Counted from the first letter of the stretch, positions 1 through 9,392 are shown. The stretch is DNA of 14,019 bases from Octopus sinensis (GCF_006345805.1 NW_021825977.1:1-14019); one strand, 5' to 3'. Numbers and translations: made by a program. The notes: a model not told the origin generated them from the letters alone.

Positions 1-90
1 CCTCACGAACTTTCCGAGTCTAATTGCATGCAGAGAGTGAATGTATGCTTTTCTTTGCTGTCACATCTCACCACTACTGCGCTATGTATA

Positions 91-626
91 TCTATATATA
101 TAAAACTGTAGTTATGTGAGTGTCTGTCCCCTTCGATTTAGATCCTAACTACTACTCCCACATTTTGCGGTGCAGTTTAACCAAGTTCGGGTAGCTTATA
201 GTCGTGATTCATATCGAGCCCGTCTGAGTATTAGCGCGCGTCTACGATGAGTCTACGATTTTAAAAATAATTCAACATCATTTTTTATTCCATTTTAATG
301 CATAATTTTTCGTGTGTCGATGGCGGCGGAGTTGGCGTCCACGCTCACACCTGCACCTGTGGGGAAGGGAGTGTAAGGAAATCAACGTCGTAATGCGTTG
401 TCAAGGAGACCAGTGTTCTTTTAGAACAACGACTTCATGGCTTGAAGACACCAAAACAGAAATGGCTAAGAAAGCGTCTACATGAGTCTACGATTTAAAA
501 AAAAATTTCCCATCGTTTTTTTTCCATTTTAATGCATTTTTCGCTATTTTTTTGCTATAACTCTCTAAAAATGCTTATATAGTTATTTCCCTTACAAACC
601 CGAGCAACGCCGGGCGATACTGCTAG
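91..626 (+). mobile_element. Non-autonomous Helitron (rolling-circle transposon), apparently complete, 536 bp
   Basis: 5' end TCTATATATATAAAA at 91, preceded by A90. Subterminal hairpin CCCG(A)GC-AAC-GC-CGGG at 599-614, 8-nt spacer, 3' end CTAG at 623-626 followed by T627. A|T insertion with no TSD is the canonical Helitron signature. No RepHel ORF. Confidence 0.85.
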
Positions 627-644
627 TATATATATATATATATA

Positions 645-679
<35 letters not shown>

Positions 680-911
680 GCGTGTGTGTGTTTGTGTGTC
701 TGTGCTTGTTCCCCTAGCATTGCTTGACAACCGATGCTGGTGTGTTTACGTCCCCGTAACTTTAGCGGTTCGGCAAAGGAGACCGATAGAATAAGTACTG
801 GGCTTACAAAAGAATAAGTCCCGGGGTCGAGTTGCTCGACTAAAGGCGGTGCTCCAGCATGGCCGCAGTCAAATGACTGATACAAGTAAAAGAGTAGAAG
901 AGTAAGAGTAA
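627..911 (+). mobile_element. SINE-A 3' half (internal TA/TG tract plus tail module), 5'-truncated
   Basis: Matches 7365-7600 (CTTGACAACCGATGCTGGTGTGTTTACGTCCCCGTAAC...GGTGCTCCAGCATGGCCGCAGTCAAATGACTG) and ends in AAGAGT-type tail repeats. No tRNA head upstream. Confidence 0.85.
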
Positions 912-980
912 ATATCTAACTCAAACCACGTGGAAACAAAAAACATCGTCCCGTAAACGTAAACGTATATGTGCATGCGT

Positions 981-1368
981 GTGGAGGCGCAATGGCCCAG
1001 TGGTTAGGGCAGCGGACTCGCGGTCATAGGATCGTGGTTTCGATTCCCAGACCGGGCGTTGTGAGTGTTTATTGAGCGAAAACACCTAAAAGCTCCACGA
1101 GGCTCCGGCAGGGGGTGGTGATGATCCCTGCTGTACTCTTTCACCACAACTTTCTCTCACTCTTACTTCCTGTTTCTGTTGTACCTGTATTTCAAAGGGC
1201 CGGCCTTGTCACTCTCTGTGTCACGCTGAATATCCCCGAGAACTACGTTAAGGGTACACGTGTCTGCAGAGTGCTCAGCCACTTACACGTTAATTTCACG
1301 AGCAGGCTGTTCCGTTGATTCGGATCAACCGGAACCCTCGTCGTCGTAACCGACGGAGTGCTTCCACC
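981..1368 (+). mobile_element. SINE-B: full-length tRNA-derived SINE with 12-bp TSD
   Basis: Perfect direct repeat ATGTGCATGCGT at 969-980 and 1369-1380. tRNA-like head with A and B boxes; CpG-rich; 3' stem-loop at 1311-1333. Confidence 0.9.
993..1047 (+). promoter_or_regulatory. Internal RNA polymerase III type-2 promoter (A box and B box) of SINE-B
   Basis: A box TGGCCCAGTGG at 993-1003 matches TRGCNNARYGG. B box GTTTCGATTCC at 1037-1047 is one mismatch from GGTTCGANNCC. Spacing is tRNA-like. Confidence 0.75.
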
Positions 1369-1492
1369 ATGTGCATGCGTAAAGGCTTATCATGAATATG
1401 TATATTCACAAACAGATATACACACACGAAAGTTCACAAAAGACATTCGTTTTTACGTTAAACAACATGCGTATAGTAATCAGCTAACAACT

Positions 1493-1550
1493 CTGTCTGT
1501 CTGTCTGTCTCTCTCTCTCTGTCTCACTCTCTCTCACACACACACACACA
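1493..1550. repeat. Compound microsatellite (TCTG)n/(TC)n/(CA)n
   Basis: Directly visible. Confidence 0.9.
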
Positions 1551-2204
1551 CGTGTATTCAAACTTCTTTAAAAGGAAAATGATAACGATAATAAATAACT
1601 AAACAATTCCTTTATTTATTTTTCCTCTGACAGATGTTTACGCAAATGCAATGAAGTCACAGAAAATTGCGCCTTACAAATTATTTCTCTGAACCATCTT
1701 TTTCCATTCTCCCGCTCTCTCACATCCCTTTCATAATCTCTCTTTACCGTTTCCCCCCACTCAAACTCTCTCTCTCTTTTCCCTAATTTCTGTCTTTCCC
1801 CCTCTCTCTTGTAATCAACTCAAACCCCTACTCTTGTATCTCTTTGGTATTTTCCTTTCATATTTTTCTTTCTATCTCTCCTCCTCCTTTTGCTTCACCG
1901 TTTGCATCTGAAATTGTTGCGCCCGCCCACAACGCCCAGGAATCCCTTGTTGCAAAACTGAATATGGGTTAATCTGATTCCAGGCTGTTGTCATATTACG
2001 ACGACTATCTCCCTCACTGATATTACTACTTCAGCTTGCTTTTCTTGTGTTTTCTGTGGCAGCAGTACCTTTTGTAGTACACTTGCAAAGCCTAACAGAC
2101 CTTCAACAACCAACAGAAATTCTCTGAATGCAGCGAGCGAAACGCATCACGTTTCTTTCATTGCCTTTACCGTTCTTCATGCACTTAATTCTTCTACACA
2201 CGTT

Positions 2205-2325
2205 TCTTCTTCTTCATTTTCTTTTTCTTCTTCTTCTCCTTCTTCTTCTTCTACATCTTTTCTTCTTCTTCTTCTTCTTCTTCTTCTTCTTCTTCTTTTC
2301 TCTTCTACATCTTCTTCTTCTTCTT

Positions 2326-2366
<41 letters not shown>

Positions 2367-2785
2367 TCTTCTTCTCCTTCTCCTTCTTCTCCTTCTCCTT
2401 CTTCTCCTTCTTCTTCTTCTCCTCTTCTCCTCCTCCTTCTTCTCCTCCTCATCCTTCTCCTCCTCATTCTTCTTCTTCTTCTTTCATTTTCTTTTCCAAT
2501 TTTCTTCTATTCCTTCTTCTTCTTCTTCTTCTTCTTCTTCTTCTTCTTCTTTTCCTTCTGCCATTCCTTCTTCATCTTCTTTTTTTCTTCTTTTCCTTCT
2601 ATTCCATCTTCTTTATTTTTTTCTATTTTCCTTCTTTTCCTCTTCTTTTCCATCTTTCATTTTCTTTTCTATTTTTCTTCTTCGTCGTCGTCGTCGTCGC
2701 CACCATCTTCCTCCTTTACGCATTCACCTCCTTCTCCTTCCCCCTCCTTCAACCATTCCTCCTCCTCCTCCCTCCCTCCCTCCCT
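2205..2785. repeat. Long compound trinucleotide low-complexity tract (TTC)n/(TAC)n/(TCC)n/(TCG)n
   Basis: Directly visible. It explains the poly-L/F/S ORF 2128-2787 and the poly-R/E/V ORF 2177-2467. Confidence 0.95.
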
Positions 2786-3075
2786 AATTAATATGTCTGA
2801 TTATCTCAGTATATGTTGTCTAAATATTATTGTTGAGGCATACAGAACCGAGCGATGGAGAAATGGATAAGTGGATGGAGGTGGCGAAGAAAATACAGAA
2901 TAATAAAAAAAAAATGACGAGGAAAGTAGCTGAAAGAGCAGGAAAATCTAAAAAAAGGAACCACCAAAAAAAAAAAAAATTAAGAGAAAGGGAAAGAAAG
3001 ATGTGTGTCCGTCTGTATAAAAATGTGTGCGAATTCACGTACAAACACACATAATGTGCTTTACTTATACGAAAT

Positions 3076-3267
3076 CTTGTGGGTAGTAAAGAAATAGGTA
3101 TTTCGTCTGTCTTTATGTTCTGAGTTCAAATTCGGCCGAGGTCGACTTTACCTTTCATCCTTTCGGCGGTCGATAAATTAAGTACCAATTACGCACTGGG
3201 TTTCGATCTAATCGACTGGGCCCCCTCCCCCAAAATTTCGGGCCTTGTGCCTCGAGTAGAAAAGATT
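3076..3267 (+). mobile_element. SINE-C, 5'-truncated multimer (tail remnant plus a second unit with an alternative 3' end)
   Basis: Body GGTATTTCGTCTG...TTCTGAGTTCAAATT...GAGGTCGACTTT.CCTTTCATCCTTTCGG..GTCGATAAATTAAGTACC matches 11970-12070 and 12151-12255. It ends CCCCCAAAATTTCGGGCCTTGTGCCTCGAGTAGAAAAGATT, unlike the copies at 11.9-12.3 kb. Confidence 0.8.
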
Positions 3268-3982
3268 TAGTAACAACAATGTTTCTGTCTTATATATATT
3301 TACTTCTACACTCGCATATCGTATATCTGAATACATAAGATAAATCGTATATTTAATAAAAGACGAATCAACTGCTTCTTCAAGAAATATCAGACGATTC
3401 AGAGCGGCCTGTAAAGAAACCAATCTTTCTTTTTTTCTCTCTCTCCCTATATACAATCTCTTCGGCTTCTTTTTTTACACTGTTTTTCTGAACTTGTATT
3501 GTTGTGGCTTTCTTATGCTTTGCGTATTATTTGACTATAATCTTACCTTATAACTGACGTCGATGTGAAATGAAACGAAAAAACGAGTCAAAAGCAAATG
3601 TTTGTTTTCTAGCAAAATAATCTGATTTTCTAAATCCGGTATTCAACAATCAACTTCTGAATAGCTGAGAAAAAAATTATAAGCAGAGCCATAAAAGAAG
3701 ATTGAAGCTCTTTTAGGCTTCCGTAGTTGAATGGAATCTGTTAAAATACTGTCCGATTCTTAATGAACCACACGGGTTCGTTGTTAATCTCCGTTTTGGA
3801 TAGCGTTAAGAGTATAAGATGTAAATAAATCTCCCATTGGATAAGTTGCCTTCACAATGCTGATATGTTTTTCTTCGAGAAGAATTAAATTCTCCATTAC
3901 AAGCCAAACAAACGATTGTTATTCGAACCAGGCACTTGTGCATTTGTATGCTAGAAATAGCAGTCAAATTCTCCCTGGAACA

Positions 3983-4411
3983 GGATCTTTTCTGTTTGAA
4001 CGGCAGTTTTTAACATAATTTCTAGGTAACTAAAAAATTTTAAACTTCGTATACTGGTAGAATGTGTTTATAAAACATCTTTTTCTCTTGGCTTTATTGA
4101 GAAAATTCTATAGTTTGTAAGATATTTGTTGTTTTTTTTCTTCAATTTCTGCAATTTCAACCAACCAATGACGTTTATTGGGGTAAAAAAAACATTCTGT
4201 GCCATATGAATATGTCCCTCGTTTAAGAAACAGATTGGGTTTATTTACATTTGTGAAGAAAAAAAGATACCCTTCCCCACACCCCTAACCCTAACTAACC
4301 CTAACCCTAAAACAGATTGAAATGCAATAGATCGATATTAGGGTGATAATTATGGGTGACAATTTCATATGACACCGTTAGAAAAAACTGCCGTTCAAAC
4401 CGAAAAGATCC
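3983..4411. mobile_element. MITE / non-autonomous DNA transposon, 429 bp, ~29-bp TIRs
   Basis: Left TIR GGATCTTTTCTGTTTGAACGGCAGTTTTT (3983-4011). Right TIR AAAAACTGCCGTTCAAACCGAAAAGATCC (4383-4411), one mismatch. AT-rich non-coding interior. TSD not clearly preserved, so superfamily is unassigned. Confidence 0.85.
4283..4310 (-). repeat. Short telomere-type (TTAGGG)n tract inside the MITE
   Basis: CCCTAACCCTAACTAACCCTAACCCTAA on the + strand. Confidence 0.85.
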
Positions 4412-5067
4412 GTATATTGTGCATCACGAACTATATTGTCCTGTGATTGAAATTTATGGCTGGAATTCTCTTGATTTGGGGATCTGGTTTGTCTTGGGGT
4501 GCTGAAGCAATAAGTGTCATGGTCGTAAACCAAGAACAAGTAAGCGCATAACAGTTTTTTTTGCAAACCACGGATCACCATTTAACATGCATGAAGGAAC
4601 GTGAACGTTCGATTTACTGTTGTGTCATATCATTAATTCCTTGGATTTACAGCTTCTTATACAGATTCCATGAGATTAACAAAGCCTTGACTCAACAACA
4701 AAGGCAAAATCTTCAGCAATGAGCGACTTGGACTTACTGACGTTTAAGAGACATAATCATATATAAATGAGTTTCTCAGCCGTGTTTGCTAGACTGGATT
4801 GCTTTTAGAATTGAAGCCATAGTATTAAGTCATTGATAATATCACAAATATAATCCATTGATTGACAATTTGAATGCGCTTCAAATTGAAAATTAATTCG
4901 CATTTGGGAAGAAATAACACCAGAAAGTGGAACAGATCTTAGTTTGGAAACAATGAAAAATACATTTCATGGAAATATTCCATGTATTTAAAGTTACTGG
5001 GAAAATCATAGGAAAGCTTTTCCGAATATAGAATGACACCATTATAACAATACGCCCTCGCCATATT

Positions 5068-5305
5068 AACTTTGTTTCCTCATAACTTCCAGAAAAATAG
5101 ATATTTTTGAAGGAAATTTTCTACTAACACGGTTTGAATTACGATTATATCGAAATTTCTTGAGAAAAGTATTTTTCCAGAGGTGGAGAGAGGAGTTTCA
5201 GAAAATTTATATGAGCCGGCTTTGTTTCCTCACAACTTTCAGAAAAATGGGTATCTTTTAATGAAATTTTCTACGCATACCTTTCAGTCTCTGTAGATTA
5301 CGATT
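5068..5305 (+). repeat. Unclassified interspersed repeat with internal ~55-bp direct repeat; an inverted relative lies at 5904-6040
   Basis: CTTTGTTTCCTCA(T/C)AACTT(C/T)CAGAAAAAT(A/G)G...GAAATTTTCTAC occurs at ~5070-5124 and ~5220-5274, each followed by ATTACGATTATA. Confidence 0.6.
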
Positions 5306-5536
5306 ATAGCGGAGCAGCAAAAAATGGTGAGCGTGGCACATTTGTATGACTGCGAATACTTGCATATACCTACATACGGATAAACTTCACATTTTTTTTC
5401 TCGAAATTTCCAGTTGCATTTGGTAGATATATACGATGTGTATCAGTGTGTATGTGTTCAAGACCACCAGGTTTTGCTTTTCGTTTTTCAAATCAAATTC
5501 TGATATGATCGTTATCTTCATAATCTGAATGGTATT

Positions 5537-5903
5537 TTCTTTCATTCTTCTACTTGTTTCAGTCATTTGACTGCGGCCATTGTGGAGCACCGCCTTTAGT
5601 CGAGCAAATCGACCCTGGGACTTATTCTTTATAAGCCCAGTACTTATTCTATCGGTGTCTTTTACCGAACCGCTAAAATTACGGGGATGTAAACACACCA
5701 GAATCAGTTGTCAAGCCCAGGACTAATTCTATCGGTTTACTTTTGCAGACCGCTAAATTACGGGAACATAAACACAACATCGTCTGTCAAGCGATGGTGG
5801 AGACACACACACACACACACACAAAGTTTTCACCTACCAAAGCCACTTACAAGGCTTTGGTCGGCCAGAGGCTACAGTAGATGACACTTGCTCAAGGTGC
5901 CAT
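5537..5903 (-). mobile_element. SINE-A, minus strand, lacking the tRNA head, with an internal 80-bp tandem duplication
   Basis: Reverse complement of the SINE-A tail (CAGTCATTTGACTGCGGCCAT), then (CA)n, then CORE-like part ending ACACTTGCTCAAGGTGCCAT at 5903. Confidence 0.85.
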
Positions 5904-6040
5904 ATGAAATACTTTCATTGAAAAATATCCATTTTTCTGAGATCTATAAGTAAACATAGCCAATTTGTAAGAATTTTCCGAAATTCCCCTCAGCACCTCT
6001 GGGGAAAACTTCTTCTCAAAGTTATGAGGAAACAAAGTCG
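5904..6040 (-). repeat. Inverted copy of the 5068-5305 repeat
   Basis: Reverse complement reads TTTGTTTCCTCATAACTTTGAGAAGAAGTTTTCCCCAGAGGTG...CAGAAAAATGGATATTTTTCAATGAAA and aligns to 5070-5088 and 5160-5270 at roughly 70% by eye. Confidence 0.6.
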
Positions 6041-6730
6041 ACGGGATGGGGGCGGGGCACACTTGTGTAGGTATGCTTACGAATATATACATATACCTAC
6101 TAAATGCTTACTGTAACACTTTTGTTTCAACTTTCGACAGCTTTGTTTTATAATTAGACAAGAAAATATCGATTTTATGTTAATAAATACGAGGCCTTGG
6201 AATTATAGAGGAAATTTGATGACTTTCACATTGATAATTTCGTTACTTTTTAATTACAGTGACTGCGTTATATATATATATATATATATTAATTGAATTA
6301 CCTTCGTATAGGAATCGAAACTGGGTTTTAGTGACAAGTATAAACCATTTGTTTCCCCACTTACGTTGTTAATTAAAATACACACGACAAGTATATACTT
6401 TTAATTATGATCACTCGCAAGCTTGAGTAATAACCCTTTAGCTTTTGTCGACAAAACCATAAAGAAAAAAAAAAAGAACAAAGGGCTATTTTATATAAAA
6501 CGATTATTGGAGAGGAAAAAAAAAAGATTTTTAATTAAATTAATGATTAGTAAAAGTATAAAAATATATTTTATATCGATATATGTGTGTGTATTTTTTT
6601 TTTTTGATTTTTAAAACAATATGAATATTCTTAAATATCCATATTTAATTATATACAATCACTTCTGACATTTAGAACACTTGCTACATTATATCATATT
6701 TCCTCTAAAAATAATAGTTGCCTTAGAAAC

Positions 6731-6945
<215 letters not shown>

Positions 6946-7116
6946 TTGTAGCACAGACACTTTATGTAACCTACATTTAAAGTACAAATAACGATATATA
7001 TATATGCACAGTTTAAACTGAGGTCAGACCTAATAGAGCAGATCTCTGAACTGTCCTTCTTTCAGATACACAGTTCTGGATTAAATCATTAAACAGAATA
7101 AGCACATGCTTAGGGT

Positions 7117-7778
7117 AACCACTAAGTTACAGGGGACGTAAACACACAAACATCGGGTGTTAAGCGATGGTGGGGGACCAACACAAACACAAACATATTC
7201 AGGTGCAGGAGTGGCTGTGTGGTAAGTAGCCTGCTTACCAACCACACGGTTCCCGGTTCAGTCCCACTGCGTGGCACCTTGGGCAAGTGTCTTCTACTAT
7301 AGCCTCGGGCCGACCAAAGCCTTGTGAATGGATTTGGTAGACGGAAACTGAAAGAAGCCTGTCGTATATATTTATATGTATATACATATATTTGTGTGTT
7401 TGTGTGTCTGTGTTTGTCCCCCCAACATCGCTTGACCACCGATGCTGGTATGTTTACGCCCCCGTGACTTAGCGGTTCGGCAAAAGAAACCGATAGAATA
7501 TGTAGTAGGCTTACAAAGAATAAGTCCTGGGGTCGATTTGCTCGACTAAAAGGCGGTGCTCCAGCATGGCCGCAGTCAAATGACTGAAACAAGGAAAAAA
7601 ATATATATATATATTTATACATGACAGGCTTCTTTCAGTTTCCATGTACTAAATCCACTTACTAGGCTTTGATCGGCTCTGTATTATAGTAGAAGACACT
7701 TGCCCAAGGTGCCATGCAGTGGGACTGAACCCCGAACCGTGTGGCCTGGGAAGCAAGCTACTTACCACACCGCACCTG
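7117..7778 (-). mobile_element. SINE-A host copy (minus strand), split into 7117-7198 and 7601-7778 by a nested plus-strand SINE-A
   Basis: 7117-7198 is the reverse complement of part of the tail module running into the CA/TA tract. 7623-7778 is the reverse complement of the head. The halves are collinear once 7199-7600 is removed. Confidence 0.75.
7202..7600 (+). mobile_element. SINE-A, full length: tRNA head, CORE-like domain, TA/TG tract, tail
   Basis: A-box-like TGGCTGTGTGG (7212-7222) and B-box-like GGTTCAGTCCC (7255-7265). ACCTTGGGCAAGT (7276-7288) matches the start of the MIR/CORE domain as I recall it. Internal TA/TG tract ~7365-7410; terminal stem-loop CAGTC-AAAT-GACTG (7573-7586); A-rich end. 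Confidence 0.9.
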
Positions 7779-8135
7779 TGGACCAATACCGAAAGATCAC
7801 CTTCATCTCTCTGAATCTCCGACTTCGATCTCGACACTGTTTTTCTTCAAGCATTGGGAAATAAGTACAAACAAACACACACACACATACTCACTTAAAC
7901 ATACACGCATATACAGTGAACCCAAAGTAATGTCGTAACCAAATACGACAGACAGACAGACAGACAGCCAGTGTCTCTTAAGACTGGATCTTTAAGACTT
8001 AAACAACTGTCATGATGGCTTCGTTCGTTCGTTCCATCAACATTGACCGGAATGTTTTATTAAGTATTAGGTGACAAAGACTTCACCAAAAGTACCGATG
8101 TTTAAATAGTTTCTCTGTTTACAAACGCCTGAAAT

Positions 8136-8144
8136 GTGTGCGTG

Positions 8145-8176
<32 letters not shown>

Positions 8177-8285
8177 CACAAGCACACGTGCATGCATACA
8201 TATACAATGTGAGCACATAGTATATGATAGAAAGGATTTATCAGTATACATTTATGTGTGTCAGTGATTGCGTGTGTGTGTATGT
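8136..8285. repeat. (CA)n/(TG)n microsatellites
   Basis: Directly visible. Confidence 0.8.
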
Positions 8286-8404
8286 ATGTTTTGCAGAAAA
8301 TTATGAAAACAATCCAGAAATTTGGGTAAATACCCCTAGCAGGTGAGAAAAGGTCGCCAGTAGGCAGTTACAGATATATCTGTATATATATATACAGATA
8401 TATC

Positions 8405-8783
8405 TCTTTCCTCTGTTCCCTTTAACTTGTTTCAATCATTTGACTGCGGCCATGCTGGAGCACTGCCTTTAGTCGAGCAAATCGACCCCCAGGACTTATT
8501 CTTTGTAAGCCTTGTTCTTATTCTATTGATCTCTTTTGCCAAACCGCTAAGTTATGAGCACGTAAACACACCACCATTGGTTGTTAGGGGGACAAACACA
8601 GACACACAAGCATATACATATATATGATGGGCTTCTTTCAGTTTCGGTCTACCAAATCCACACACAAGGTTTGGTCGGCTTAAGGCTATAGTAGAAGACA
8701 CTTGCCCAAGGTGCCACGCAGTAGGAATGAACCCGGAACCTTGTGGTTAGTAAGCAAGCTACTTACCACACATCCACTCCTGT
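8405..8783 (-). mobile_element. SINE-A, full length, minus strand
   Basis: Reverse complement of 7202-7600 along its whole length, flanked on both sides by (TA)n tracts (possible TSD, ambiguous). Confidence 0.9.
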
Positions 8784-8811
8784 ATATATATATAATTATA
8801 TATGGATACAT

Positions 8812-8860
8812 AGATATATAGATAGACAGATAGATGGCTTGATAGATAGATAGATAGATG

Positions 8861-8914
<54 letters not shown>

Positions 8915-9000
8915 TAGATAGATAGATAGATAGATAGATAAATAGATGGATGGATGGATGGATGGATGGATGGATGGATGGATGGATGGATGGACAGATA
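8812..9000. repeat. Compound tetranucleotide array (GATA)n-(GACA)n-(GATA)n-(GATG)n
   Basis: Directly visible. It explains ORF 8759-9028. Confidence 0.95.
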
Positions 9001-9375
9001 ACAAAAGTGGCATTGACAACGACTTCATTGTTTCAACTTATTTAAACTTTATTCTTGTTAACGAAAATAAATATGTTCTCAAAAAACAGAATAATTCTTA
9101 AGTTTAATGTAAAATTGTTATCATAACTTGATAGAAAAACAAGCTTACCCATACGCACACAAAATTTGTGATATTTGAAAGGTTTTAGTTAAATAACCAT
9201 TTTATATTGGTTTCAATAATGGACTTTTCAATATCATACATTTATATAAGTATCCATCATTTGAAGGGCAATTGAAATTTAGATAAAGATTTAGAAGGAA
9301 GAAAAATATCGAGCTCCAAACTCATGGTTAACTGCGTCTTAAAACATTTCCGTTCATCGCATTGAAATTTATGCT

Positions 9376-9392
9376 CTCTTTCTGTCTTTCTG

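Noticed and set aside
985-1055. tRNA-like sequence, loosely tRNA-Arg-like
   Set aside because: No proper acceptor stem and it continues into a 390-bp body with a TSD, so it is a SINE head and not a tRNA gene. The same applies to the SINE-A and SINE-C heads.
1115-1318. 67-aa ORF
   Set aside because: Lies wholly within SINE-B and has a non-ATG start.
1890-2130. GC-richer unique segment after a polypyrimidine tract
   Set aside because: Frames examined close within about 45 codons and no convincing splice pair or known motif was seen.
2128-2787. 219-aa ORF and the overlapping 96-aa antisense ORF
   Set aside because: Translation of TTC/TAC/TCC triplet repeats, which lack stops in these frames; no protein-like composition.
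4456-4545. ATG-initiated 28-codon frame MAGILLIWGSGLSWGAEAISVMVVNQEQ followed by donor-like CAA|GTAAGC
   Set aside because: Weak hydrophobic core for a signal peptide. The nearest acceptors (~4651, ~4663) give immediate stops in phase 0, and there is no other support.
4378-4581. Minus-strand 67-aa ORF with an internal acceptor-like CTTATTGCTTCAG
   Set aside because: No recognisable domain, no good donor, and the ORF runs into the MITE TIR.
4866-4888. Small inverted repeat CAATTTGAA-TGCGC-TTCAAATTG
   Set aside because: 9-bp AT-rich arms are expected by chance in 14 kb of AT-rich DNA.
8372-8405. Perfect 34-bp palindrome AGATATATCTGTATATATATATACAGATATATCT
   Set aside because: Built almost entirely from self-complementary TA dinucleotides, so it is a microsatellite by-product.
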